A stretch of 64,000 bases of DNA from an uncultured candidate division Zixibacteria bacterium (GTDB lineage: Bacteria; Zixibacteria; MSB-5A5; UBA10806; 4484-95): positions 576,001 to 640,000 of the forward strand of contig CAXXKA010000001.1 of the NCBI GenBank assembly GCA_963668625.2, read 5' to 3'. Position numbers and translations under genes: made by a program. How positions within the stretch are numbered: the stretch's first letter is position 1; each line of letters starts with the position of its first letter. Under the pieces are notes generated by a model. That model was not told the origin of the DNA and searched no databases. It saw nothing but the letters and a program-made list of their open reading frames with translations. Shown piece after piece: positions 41,817 to 51,802 of this stretch.

Positions 41817-42523
41817 TGAAGTTTCCTTTCCTTGTACAGCTTGCCCATCTCTGTCCGGGGAGAATTTACGACCTGCTCGGAATCGCCAGATTCGATCAGT
41901 TTACCTTTAACCATAAGAAGCGACCGGCCGCCCATACGAATTGCCTGCTGGGGATTGTGGGTGATAAATATTACCGTGAATTTACTCTGGTCGACAATTT
42001 CGCGCACCAGTTTTTCGATAGCTTCGGTAGCGGTCGGATCGAGAGCCGAGGTCGGTTCATCCAGCAGGAGGATATCGGGGTTTAGCGCCAACAAGCGCGC
42101 TAAAGCAACTCGTTGCTGTTCACCGATGGATAGGTTGTCGATAGGAGTATCCAGGAAATCCCCGGTGAGATGAACTGCCTCGATATGTTCCTTCATCTGC
42201 GATTCGGATAGCCTATCGTCAGCGTAAAGCAGATTATCCCTGACTGTCTCGGAGAAAAGGTATGGTGTTTGAAAAAGATAACCGACACGCCGTCTGATCT
42301 CTGATGGTTTAAATTCGCATTGGTTTTTTCCGCGAATAAGTATACTCCCGCCAGAGGGTTCATCTAGACGGTTTAACAGCCTTAGTAGTGATGATTTACC
42401 TGCCCCTGATGGCCCTAAAATATTGTATATATGATGATCCTCGAAGGCGAACGTGAAATTATCGATAATAGTTTTGTCTTTGATTTTGCGGGTCAGGTTT
42501 TCTGTTTGGATAATAACACTCAT
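41813..42523 (-). CDS. ABC transporter ATP-binding protein (FetA-like)
   Basis: GPSGAGKS, LSIGEQQR, LLDEPTSALD; overlaps fetB start. Confidence 0.85.
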   Translation of the reverse strand: MSVIIQTENLTRKIKDKTIIDNFTFAFEDHHIYNILGPSGAGKSSLLRLLNRLDEPSGGSILIRGKNQCEFKPSEIRRRVGYLFQTPYLFSETVRDNLLYADDRLSESQMKEHIEAVHLTGDFLDTPIDNLSIGEQQRVALARLLALNPDILLLDEPTSALDPTATEAIEKLVREIVDQSKFTVIFITHNPQQAIRMGGRSLLMVKGKLIESGDSEQVVNSPRTEMGKLYKERKLQ

Positions 42524-42946
42524 TACTCTTAATATAGCGAAATTTTTGATCGAAAGCTATTAATAAAAAGAGGGCCGCATTTTTCTGCGGCCCGGGCGCG
42601 TATTATAAAGGAAGGTTAAAGGCGATTAATTTTCTTATCAGTTTCGCATGTTTGACACGGTATCCAATCTGATGGTTTAAGAATTTTGTATATACATTGT
42701 ATCAGAGGGGAAATGAAATAGGCTATTTTATTTATAATAGATGAGGGGGATTGATTTATGTGGTTTGAGTATGTCCTTGTGCCCCAACTGGCAGGCTTGC
42801 AAATAAAAACAGGCAGACAAGAAGGGGCTGTCTTAAAAGCCGTTATGACTTTATGATCCAATGAACATATGCCGGCAACATATAAAAAAGCAGGGACGTT
42901 TGTTCACATCCCTGCCTGATATTTTAGTCAATCTAGATAATCGTAT

Positions 42947-44203
42947 TTATCCGTTACCGTTTCTGATTTCGGAGTAAAGCGGGAATTTTTCGCATAACTG
43001 ACCGACATCATCCCGGACTTTTTGCAATACTTTCGTATCACCGAGGTTTTTAACAACCTGGATAATGAATCCGGCGACATCGTCCATATCGCTTTCCACC
43101 ATACCGCGAGTAGTGATAGCCGGGGTTCCGATTCGGATACCGGAGGTTACGAACGGTTTCTCGGGATCGAACGGTACGGTATTTTTGTTGACCGTAATAC
43201 CGGCTGTCTCGAGATTTTCCTCGACCTCTTTACCTGTGATACCCTGCTTCACGAAACTCACCAGCATCAGATGGTTATCCGTACCACCGGAAACGATATG
43301 CAGTCCGGCATCCATCAGATGTTTAGCCAGGGCTTTAGCGTTGGCGACTACTCGTTTCTGGTATTCCTTGAACTCAGGCTGCAGAGCCTCATGGAAAGCA
43401 ACTGCTTTTGCCGCGATTATGTGCATGAGCGGGCCGCCCTGTATACCGGGCATGACCGTACGATTGATATCTTTCCAATATTTCTTTTTGCACATGATCA
43501 AACCACCGCGTGGGCCGCGAAGGGTTTTGTGCGTGGTGCTGGTTACGAAATCCGCGACCGGCACCGGCGAGGGATGTTCACCGGCAACTATTAATCCGGC
43601 GATATGAGCGATATCTACCATCAGGTACGCGCCAACCTCATCGGCGATGGCGCGGAATTTATCGAATTCCAGCGTTCTCGGGTAGGCCGAGGCGCCGGCG
43701 ATGATCATTTTGGGTTTATGCTCTTTTGCAATTTCTCGCAGTTCGTCATAGTCGATCATCTCGGTTTCTTTATTCACGTTATAGGGAACGATATTATAAA
43801 GCTTGCCCGAAAAATTAATCGGATGGCCATGGGTCAGATGGCCGCCGTGAGCCAGGTTCATACCCAGTACGGTATCTCCCGGCTGAAGCATTGCCATGTA
43901 AACCGCCATATTGGCCTGTGATCCCGAGTGCGGCTGGACATTGACATGTTCACAGCCAAAAAGTTCTTTGCATCTCTCGCGAGCGGTAATCTCGGCCTCA
44001 TCGACGAAAGTACATCCGCCGTAATATCTGGCCTTGGGGTAACCCTCGGCATACTTGTTTGTCATTACCGAACCCATCGCCTCCATAACCGCACGGGAGG
44101 TAAAATTCTCCGAGGCTATCAGTTCGAGGCCGCCGTGTTGACGTTTGGCCTCGTTGCGTATGGCCTCATAAATCACGGGGTCGGTTTTCTTCAAATTTTG
44201 CAT
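42947..44203 (-). CDS. glyA: Serine hydroxymethyltransferase
   Basis: [34 protein letters not shown]. Confidence 0.97.
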   Translation of the reverse strand: MQNLKKTDPVIYEAIRNEAKRQHGGLELIASENFTSRAVMEAMGSVMTNKYAEGYPKARYYGGCTFVDEAEITARERCKELFGCEHVNVQPHSGSQANMAVYMAMLQPGDTVLGMNLAHGGHLTHGHPINFSGKLYNIVPYNVNKETEMIDYDELREIAKEHKPKMIIAGASAYPRTLEFDKFRAIADEVGAYLMVDIAHIAGLIVAGEHPSPVPVADFVTSTTHKTLRGPRGGLIMCKKKYWKDINRTVMPGIQGGPLMHIIAAKAVAFHEALQPEFKEYQKRVVANAKALAKHLMDAGLHIVSGGTDNHLMLVSFVKQGITGKEVEENLETAGITVNKNTVPFDPEKPFVTSGIRIGTPAITTRGMVESDMDDVAGFIIQVVKNLGDTKVLQKVRDDVGQLCEKFPLYSEIRNGNG

Positions 44204-44208
44204 TTATC

Positions 44209-44649
44209 TTATCCTTTTTCGTAATCGGATATTTTATCCACTCGGCGGGCATGACGTCCGCCCTCGAATTTCGTATTTAAGAAAGCATCCACTATCGCCT
44301 GAATTTTAGCCTCAGGCGTGTACATCTCCGAAAGCACCAGGACATTGGCATTATTATGAGCTCGCGCCAATTCGGACATTTCCTCGTTAATAGCGAATCC
44401 CGCCCGGATACCTTCTACCTTGTTGGCGGCTATCATCATGCCGTTGCCCGAGCCACAGATTATTATGCCGCTCTCAACCTTGCCGCTTGCAACCGCCTCG
44501 GCGGCTTTGATACCGTGATCGGGGTAGTCGGCGCTTTGCTCCGAGCTGCAACCGAAGTCCTCGGTTTCGATCCCTCTAGCGTTCAGGTAGCCCTTTATCT
44601 GCTCTTTATACTTGTAGCCTCTATGGTCTGATCCAAGTGATATTTTCAT
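44209..44649 (-). CDS. rpiB: Ribose-5-phosphate isomerase B
   Basis: GSDHRG, DYPD, CGSGNG, HNNANVL, FEGGRH. Confidence 0.95.
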   Translation of the reverse strand: MKISLGSDHRGYKYKEQIKGYLNARGIETEDFGCSSEQSADYPDHGIKAAEAVASGKVESGIIICGSGNGMMIAANKVEGIRAGFAINEEMSELARAHNNANVLVLSEMYTPEAKIQAIVDAFLNTKFEGGRHARRVDKISDYEKG

Positions 44650-45569
44650 TTTACGTATGTCAACCAGTTATATTTATCCTCGAAACCATCCTCGAAAATA
44701 GAGAAGTAGGCTTTCTGGAGTTTCTCCGTTATGGGGCCTCGCTTGCCGCTGCCTATAGTTATTCCGTCAATTTTGGATATCGGCGAAACCTCTGCCGCCG
44801 ATCCGGTGAAAAATACCTCATCGGCGATATAGAGAGCCTCGCGCGGAATCGACTCCTCGATAACTTTGATTCCCATATCAGTAGCCAGGCGAATGATGGT
44901 ATTGCGTGTTATGCCGGGTAAAATCGATGAGCCGAATGTTGGCGTCACCAGCGCGCCGTCACGAACAAGGAATATGTTCTCGCCGGAACCCTCCGAGACA
45001 TGGCCGTAAACATCCAGAGCGATTCCCTCGACATAACCGTGATTCAAAGCCTCTAACTTGATGAGCTGGCTGTTCATGTAGTTGGCAGTGGCTTTGGCCA
45101 TATCGGGCATGGTGCCGGGCGCGTTTCTACGCCAGGAGGAGACACATACCGAGACGCCGTTTTCCAATGCCTCCGGGCCGAGATACTTACCCCAGGGCCA
45201 AACAGCGATAGCAACCTTAACCGGCACGCCGGTAGGATCAACGCCCAGGCTCTCATAACCTCGATACACCAGAGGTCTGATATAGCAGGAATCAACTTTG
45301 TTTATATTAATCAGCTCGATAGTAGCCTTGTTTATTTCTTCCTCGGTGAAAGGCACCTCCATGCGGTAGATTTTGCTCGAATTAAACAGCCTGTGGGTGT
45401 GTTCCTGAAGGCGGAAGATTGCCGGGCCTTTGGGGGTGTTATAGCATCTGGCGCCCTCGAACAGCCCCGAACCGTAGTGGATAACATGAGATAGAATATG
45501 AATCTGAGCTTCATCCCAGTTTACGAATTCACCATCCATCCAGATTTTTTCAGTTTTATTAAAAGGCAT
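44646..45569 (-). CDS. ilvE: Branched-chain amino acid aminotransferase
   Basis: HYGSGLFEG, YIRP, KATANY, EGSGEN, LPGITR, GSAAE. Confidence 0.93.
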   Translation of the reverse strand: MPFNKTEKIWMDGEFVNWDEAQIHILSHVIHYGSGLFEGARCYNTPKGPAIFRLQEHTHRLFNSSKIYRMEVPFTEEEINKATIELININKVDSCYIRPLVYRGYESLGVDPTGVPVKVAIAVWPWGKYLGPEALENGVSVCVSSWRRNAPGTMPDMAKATANYMNSQLIKLEALNHGYVEGIALDVYGHVSEGSGENIFLVRDGALVTPTFGSSILPGITRNTIIRLATDMGIKVIEESIPREALYIADEVFFTGSAAEVSPISKIDGITIGSGKRGPITEKLQKAYFSIFEDGFEDKYNWLTYVK

Positions 45570-45761
45570 AAACCCTCCATAGCATAGTTTTAGATTTTCA
45601 ATCAGGCCAATATAATAAAGTCCGACGATTATATGCAACCAAAATCCGGTATTTAATCCGATATGAAAATCATTGATATTTAAGGGGATGAGAGGTTATA
45701 ATGGATTAAGGTTACTGTCGGCTTAAACGACATGATTATACTGAAAGCAAAGAGGTTAAGT

Positions 45762-46538
45762 ATGAATACCGGAAGTATAATATCAAATTCTATTAAAATA
45801 ATGATGTTATCGGTCATGATAGCGGCTTGCTGCTGTGGCCCGAATATATCATCGGAAAACTACTCTGAAAGCAAAAGCAAAGCTATCAGGCTGGTTGATG
45901 ATGGGAGATGCGATAAAGCCGTTAAGTTATGCCGCAAGTTGTTGGAGATAAACGAGAAGGATGCCGAAATATACCGTCTGGCAGCAGCTTGTTTCGCAAA
46001 AATAAACCAGCCCGATAGCGCGGTTTTTTACTATCAGGGAGCTATAGTATTCAATCCCTCGGATCGCCAGGCTTATGAACGTATAGCCGATATTTATTAC
46101 GATAAAACCGACTATCACACCGCTATGACCTGGTATGATAAAGCATTGCAGATTAGCTATATCAGCCCCGAAAGCTATGTCAGGTTAGCGAAAATACATC
46201 AGAACTGGAGCGAATATGCTTTTGCCGGAAGATATTACGGTTATGCCCTGGCGGCCGATCCTGACAATGTTGAAGCGCTTTATGGCCTCGGCACGATACA
46301 ACTTCAAACCGGTGACACCACGGCGGCAATTAGCTCTTTGAGCAAAGCGGCGGAATCGGGTAAACATGCCGGCGCCGCCTATAAGCTGGGGGTTATTAAT
46401 CAACAGATGAAAGACTACAGTAAGGCTATCGGCTGGCTGGAGAAATGTATCGAGTTCAGCGATGACCAATCGTTGAAAGATAAAGCCTACCAGTTCAAGA
46501 TGGAGATCGTGATGCGGATGAGGGACGGGCAGCAGTAA
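45762..46538 (+). CDS. TPR repeat lipoprotein
   Basis: Lipobox IAAC; multiple TPRs. Confidence 0.8.
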   Translation: MNTGSIISNSIKIMMLSVMIAACCCGPNISSENYSESKSKAIRLVDDGRCDKAVKLCRKLLEINEKDAEIYRLAAACFAKINQPDSAVFYYQGAIVFNPSDRQAYERIADIYYDKTDYHTAMTWYDKALQISYISPESYVRLAKIHQNWSEYAFAGRYYGYALAADPDNVEALYGLGTIQLQTGDTTAAISSLSKAAESGKHAGAAYKLGVINQQMKDYSKAIGWLEKCIEFSDDQSLKDKAYQFKMEIVMRMRDGQQ

Positions 46539-46913
46539 GCGGAAATGATCGTTGCTTAACAAAATATCTATTTTAATCCTGAAGGTCTAAGTCACCTGTC
46601 ATTGGCTTGAAAATACTGATTCAGAAGCTAAACGTATTCTATAAACCTTGTTTTGATATAGTCATGGCGATAAAATCAAATCGAAACGGAGTTTCTTGAA
46701 TGCCGGCATACCGAACGGAGCGATTGTTGAAACAGCTTTTCATGAGTCGCTGGGCGGACGAAGTCTTTTGTTTATCCTTTCCCGACGATATACTGCATGT
46801 ATGCAGCAGGAAGAAAGTAACTATGTTATCAAAAGCTTGAGCCTCAGTCATTCGGATTGTATTGTTATTTTGACAAACATTCAACAATCAACACGAACAA
46901 ACAGGAGGCTCAA

Positions 46914-47972
46914 ATGCCATGTTACAACAAAATCGAGCGTGAAGCCAACACTATTTACGTTGGTATTGACGTTCATAAGCGGAGTTGGCATGTAACAATG
47001 CGAACAACTGAGCAAGAGTTATGGAAAGGCAGTATTGCAGCTGATTGGGAAGTATTGAAAAAAGTATTGGGGCGTTATTCCGATTGTGACATTTCGGTAG
47101 TTTACGAAGCCGGTTTTAGTGGTTTCTGGTTATATGACAAACTGGTAGCCTGGGGAGCGTCATGTATAGTGACTCCGCCGAGTTTGATTCCTTCTGAATA
47201 CGGCAATCGGGTCAAAACTGATCGCCTCGACAGTGCCAAGCTTGCTTTACTACTTTCCCGTAGTATGCTCAAGGCAGTATGGGTACCTGATGTCGAAGCG
47301 CGTGGTCATCGCCAGGTATTGCGTCGCCGTCGCCAGTTGGTCAGCGACCGGGTCCGTATTCAATGCCGTATCAAGAGTGAGTTAGCCTGTTTCGGTCTAT
47401 CTCTGCCGACAATTAGCGGCAAGTGGACGGAGACATTCGAACAGCATTTATGGCAGTTGCGTTTTAGTGATCGCTGGCAGACAGAGAGTTTTCAGAGGTT
47501 ACTGACACAGTATCGGCTGGTGAGTGAATTGATTACTCAACAGACACGGTTATTGAAAGAATTGTCAAAACTGGATCGTTATCGGGAAGCGGTTGAGCGT
47601 CTACGTAGTGTTCCGGGCATCGGCTTGTTAACGGCGATGGAACTATTATTGGAGTTAGGGGACTTCAGCCGATTTAGTCGAGGAAGCCAATTGGCCGCCT
47701 ACGTGGGCTTGACTCCAAGCCAATATTCCTCCGGTGACAAGGTTCGACTAGGACGAATCACCAGGATCGGCAAACCGCAGTTACGGTCGAATCTGATCGA
47801 AGCCTCCTGGATTTTGATCAGGAAGGATCCGGCCCAGGCTCAGCGTTATCAACAGCTCAAGTGGCGGTGTGGTTCCAAACGAGCCATTGTGGCCAGTGCC
47901 CGCCGTCTACTGTTAATCGTACGGCGTCTGATGCTTGACCATCAGAGCTATCGAATCCAAACCGCAGCATAA
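46914..47972 (+). CDS. IS110 family recombinase/transposase (DEDD + Tnp domain)
   Basis: YVGIDVHK, VYEAG, KTDRLD, VPGIG, GLTPSQYSSG; AGGAGG RBS. Confidence 0.95.
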   Translation: MPCYNKIEREANTIYVGIDVHKRSWHVTMRTTEQELWKGSIAADWEVLKKVLGRYSDCDISVVYEAGFSGFWLYDKLVAWGASCIVTPPSLIPSEYGNRVKTDRLDSAKLALLLSRSMLKAVWVPDVEARGHRQVLRRRRQLVSDRVRIQCRIKSELACFGLSLPTISGKWTETFEQHLWQLRFSDRWQTESFQRLLTQYRLVSELITQQTRLLKELSKLDRYREAVERLRSVPGIGLLTAMELLLELGDFSRFSRGSQLAAYVGLTPSQYSSGDKVRLGRITRIGKPQLRSNLIEASWILIRKDPAQAQRYQQLKWRCGSKRAIVASARRLLLIVRRLMLDHQSYRIQTAA

Positions 47973-48005
47973 AAAAGAGATAATTAGTTTACAATATCTG
48001 AGTTT

Positions 48006-48146
48006 GGAGAATGGCGAAGGAATCCTTGTGGCTTAACAACAGACCGCGCAGGAAAGGGTGTTATCTCCCCTGGTAATAATCTCGGATTGATTAATTGTGG
48101 CTGTGTTTGAGGGCCAGACCACGAATAGCAGGGTGACTATTATCGG
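48006..48146 (+). ncRNA. Predicted bridge/seek RNA of the IS110 element
   Basis: Two stem-enclosed internal loops, each with guide-TGTGG and guide(AG)-GGTG; guides match the target and donor junction. Confidence 0.7.
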
Positions 48147-48389
48147 CAATGTCTAACAGTGGCAGCATGTTGTAGTTTAAACATGGGTATTCTGCGTTTT
48201 ATTAAGAAAAGGAGAAATCGATATAACAATACTAACCGAACAATATCACTTGACATGATACATAGCAGGATTCCTACCACCTCAGCGAAATCGAAACGGA
48301 GTTTCTTAATACTGGCCTTACCAGGCGGAGTATTTTAACGAGATTAACATCATGCCGGGCTGTTACACCCGGCATGATTATTAGATATG

Positions 48390-49916
48390 CTACTGAATGG
48401 TATAAGAATCGCTTGTCTCGTGGTTGGAGGCGGAATTGTAATACCAGCCGTCTTTGGTGACATCGGTAACAGTAGCCGTGAATGACATCCCGCGCGATGC
48501 GCCGGAAATCCCGAAAGTAACCGTACCGCTAGCGTTTGTATATCCGCTGAAATAGTAATTGGAACCGCCGTGGTGGTATAATGTCATATCTACATAGGCG
48601 TTACTGACCGGGGTGGAATGATCCTCAGTGTGAATATTAACGTAAATATACAAAATGTAGTACCATCCCCAGCGTTGCTGGCTGAACGATATAGAGTTGA
48701 CATGCATCGTATCGGCGCCGGCGCCACCGCCGCCGTAATCATCACCGTTGGTTGTGCCGAGCGTAGCGTTTTCGGCATCCACCAGGCCGTACCCCTGCTG
48801 GGTAGCGGGCAGGCTGATATCCTCGGCGGTGTTATGCAGCAGTGTTCTGATTTGTACATTGGTATAGCCTGAATGAGCCTCCCAGGCCAGCGCGGCCGAA
48901 CCGGCTACCATCGGGCAGGCCATGGAGGTGCCGCTTAAGGTAGCGTAGGTGTTTCCGGCATAGGTAGAGTAGATACTCGATCCGGGAGCAATTAGCTCGA
49001 TTTCATTGCCGTAATCGGAGTAGTCAGCTATATCATCGGATGAGGTCGAGGCCGAAATGGCCATCACCGAGGTTAAGGCGGCAGGGTAATCGACAGCTGA
49101 ACCGTAGCCGTTTCCGGCGGCAGCCACCAGGAGTATGCCCTCATCATAGCAATCCTCCATCGCCACATCCTCAGCATATGAATAGCCGCCCCCATAGCTC
49201 ATGGAGATAACTTTGATATTGTTGTAAGGATCGGCATCGTAATGCGTATCGATACACCAGTCGGCTGCCTCGAGAATATAGTTCAGGTAAGGATCACTAT
49301 AGCCTACGCGTAAAGCCCAGAGATCAGCCTCGGGCGCGACACCGACAACACCGATAGCGTTGTCATCCGCGCCGATAATACCGGCGCAATGCGTGCCGTG
49401 ACCACTGGCATCATCCCAGGCAGTCGTGTCGGCGGTATAGAAATTATATCCACCGGCCCAGGTCAAATCGGGGTGATCCTGATCGCCGCCCGAATCGATA
49501 ATCGCGACATCGATACCATCCCCGGTATATGCAGAATTATCATGCACGTACTCGGCATCGATTCTATCGACTCCCCAATCCAGGGTTTGGACGTTAAAGC
49601 GACGGATCATGTTCTCTTCGACGAATTTAATCCCTGGTTTTGAGGTCAGGGTGGATACGGCATCCTGGGGAATAGAGGCGAACACGATTGGGAAATGTTT
49701 GTATTGATGTTTTACTTTACCGTTAACCGCCGCGATAGAACTGGTAGCCCCCTTTTCCTCAATGCCGATTAAGACATTAACTTGCCCCGGTTCGACCGCG
49801 TGCTTCATTATGTAATCATTATTGCTTTCCGTATCGGTGGGCATATCTTTCGAACAACTAAAGACCATCATGAGGACGGCCAGCCCAGCCAGTAACAATA
49901 AAAGTTTGTTTCTCAT
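48390..49916 (-). CDS. Subtilisin-like S8 serine protease lipoprotein
   Basis: Lipobox VFSC; IIDSG, HGTHCAG, GTSMACP triad; I9-like prodomain. Confidence 0.92.
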   Translation of the reverse strand: MRNKLLLLLAGLAVLMMVFSCSKDMPTDTESNNDYIMKHAVEPGQVNVLIGIEEKGATSSIAAVNGKVKHQYKHFPIVFASIPQDAVSTLTSKPGIKFVEENMIRRFNVQTLDWGVDRIDAEYVHDNSAYTGDGIDVAIIDSGGDQDHPDLTWAGGYNFYTADTTAWDDASGHGTHCAGIIGADDNAIGVVGVAPEADLWALRVGYSDPYLNYILEAADWCIDTHYDADPYNNIKVISMSYGGGYSYAEDVAMEDCYDEGILLVAAAGNGYGSAVDYPAALTSVMAISASTSSDDIADYSDYGNEIELIAPGSSIYSTYAGNTYATLSGTSMACPMVAGSAALAWEAHSGYTNVQIRTLLHNTAEDISLPATQQGYGLVDAENATLGTTNGDDYGGGGAGADTMHVNSISFSQQRWGWYYILYIYVNIHTEDHSTPVSNAYVDMTLYHHGGSNYYFSGYTNASGTVTFGISGASRGMSFTATVTDVTKDGWYYNSASNHETSDSYTIQ

Positions 49917-50274
49917 TCTCCCGCGCTCCTTTGTTTAAAATTTGGCGAAAATTACAGGGTTTTATCCTCTCATAAACCTCCTTTTGATGGTAAGTCAATA
50001 AACCTGTACAACTTATATTGCCATGACGGCATATTTATAGCCCTGCGATTTTTACAATGATGCTGTATTCGTGATGGTGAAATTTATTGAATGAAAATAT
50101 AATACTAAAATTATCCCAAAACAAGGAAAAAATTACCGTATTACTATGTTTGACATCATCTTAATAGGATACATTTAAATTAATAGTAAAAATGATCCGA
50201 AATACAGTTGAATTGTTATATTCATGTTCCGTGTTAATTTACAGGCTTAGACAGATATAGGAAGGAGAGAAGTT

Positions 50275-51372
50275 ATGAAATTTATAGCGCCTTTTTGTAT
50301 ATTGCTGTTAGTTACATTAAATTCAACCGCCAAAGCGCAATTATTGCAATACCCCGAAAGCGTCGTTTATGATCAGGCTAATAATCGCTATCTGGTATCC
50401 AACTGGGATAGTGGACATTTGGTGCAAATAGATAGCCTCGGGGAACAAAGCTATTTCGTACCCTCGGCCCAATGCTATGCCGGATTGTGGATTGTCGGGG
50501 ACGAGGTGTACGCCGCCGCGAAAAGTCAGGGAGTAAGAGGCTACAATCTTTTTACCGGCGAGCAGGTAATGAACCTGGCCATCCCCGGGACGCTACTGTT
50601 AAATGATATCGTTTCGGATGATACTGGCAACCTCTATCTTTCGGATCCACAGGCTCATAAGATTATCAGGGTTAATATCTCTACACACGAAATATCGACG
50701 TTTGTAGAAAGCGGTATCAATGTGCCTAACGGCTTGTGTTTTGATCGGGCACATAATCGGTTGATAGTGGTTTCATCTCGTGCCAACTCACCTGTTCAGG
50801 CAATCAGCCTCGAGGATTCCTCGGTTACGACGATTATCAACACCACCATAGATATCATGGATGGAATAACGCGGGATGAGACCGGCAACTATTATATATC
50901 GAACTGGGGCGACAGCAGAGTTTATCGCTACGATAGTTTGTTTACTATACCACCGGAGGTGTTTTCTACTCATGATGAGCAGCCAGCCGATATTTTCTAT
51001 AACAGAACAAACAGTATGCTGGCGGTGCCAATATTTTACAACCATCGCGTTGATTTCATTGATGTTACGCAGTCTGGGATTGCCTATGATGATTCTCATC
51101 CGTTACCTGCAGCCAGCATATTAAACCAAAATTACCCCAATCCGTTCAATACCGAAACCAGCATCAGTTTTTCACTGAGCGTACCCGGTCATGTCAATCT
51201 CGATATCTACGACATACTCGGAAGAAAGGTTACCACTCTTGTTAGTCAATATAAACCGGCAGGCGAATATACTATCAACTGGCAGGCGGAAAATTATGTT
51301 ACTGGGATATATATGGCCAGACTCAGTACCTGTAATAATACGCAAAGTATAAATCTGTCATTACTAAAATAA
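50275..51372 (+). CDS. Secreted SMP-30/gluconolactonase-like beta-propeller with C-terminal sorting domain
   Basis: PESV, LNDI, PNGL, DGI blade motifs; QNYPNPFN..YDILGR. Confidence 0.8.
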   Translation: MKFIAPFCILLLVTLNSTAKAQLLQYPESVVYDQANNRYLVSNWDSGHLVQIDSLGEQSYFVPSAQCYAGLWIVGDEVYAAAKSQGVRGYNLFTGEQVMNLAIPGTLLLNDIVSDDTGNLYLSDPQAHKIIRVNISTHEISTFVESGINVPNGLCFDRAHNRLIVVSSRANSPVQAISLEDSSVTTIINTTIDIMDGITRDETGNYYISNWGDSRVYRYDSLFTIPPEVFSTHDEQPADIFYNRTNSMLAVPIFYNHRVDFIDVTQSGIAYDDSHPLPAASILNQNYPNPFNTETSISFSLSVPGHVNLDIYDILGRKVTTLVSQYKPAGEYTINWQAENYVTGIYMARLSTCNNTQSINLSLLK

Positions 51373-51697
51373 TATCACTAGTGTCCGGTGTTTTTCGTTA
51401 AATTTTAAATTTCTCCTTGGAATTGTTAATGAAAAATATTTTCCGATATAATTATTTTATTCAGCGTATCATTCATCCTGACATATCCTGCCGATGTTAG
51501 GCTTGGTTTTCTGGTTTCCAAGCGCTGCTTGGAAACCTTCTTGAATCATGTAGAATGCGCATTCTGCCGGCAAACAAGCCACGTTGCGAAGCAGCGCTTC
51601 GCAACGAGATGAAAATTATATTACTGGGATATACATGGCCAGACTCAGGACCTGTAATAATACGCAAAGTATAAATCTGTCATTATTAAAATAATAT
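51289..51697 (+). repeat. 87-bp direct repeat (51289-51375, 51611-51697) bracketing MITE copy 3
   Basis: gaaaattatRttactgggatata...aaaataatat twice, 4 mismatches. Confidence 0.9.
51376..51615 (+). mobile_element. MITE copy 3, right TIR deleted
   Basis: Starts with CACTAGTGTCCGGT and matches copy 2 up to ...cgagatgaaaa; last 15 bp missing. Confidence 0.93.
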
Positions 51698-51802
51698 ATT
51701 TTTCAATTTAATTTTCAAAATATAAAACTATAGCCTTCGCATTTACGTATAGAATATATCAACCGCCGATTTGTGCTATTAAACATAAAAAGGAGGAATT
51801 TT

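Larger units (their letters stand above)
46816..48268 (+). mobile_element. IS110-family element with a long right non-coding end (IS1111-like layout)
   Basis: AG core at 46816-17 and 48267-68; subterminal IRs ctatgttatca / tgatacatag; predicted circle-junction promoter TTGACA-N17-TATGTT. Confidence 0.8.

Noticed and set aside
42616-42861. 81-aa ORF between glyA and fetA
   Set aside because: Runs through a family-C REPIN, TTG start without an RBS; probably spurious
46781-46811. Alternative IS110 left ends (AGCAGGA repeat at 46805; TATACT at 46789)
   Set aside because: Neither satisfies the guide matches, subterminal IR and 17-bp promoter spacing together, whereas AG at 46816-17 does
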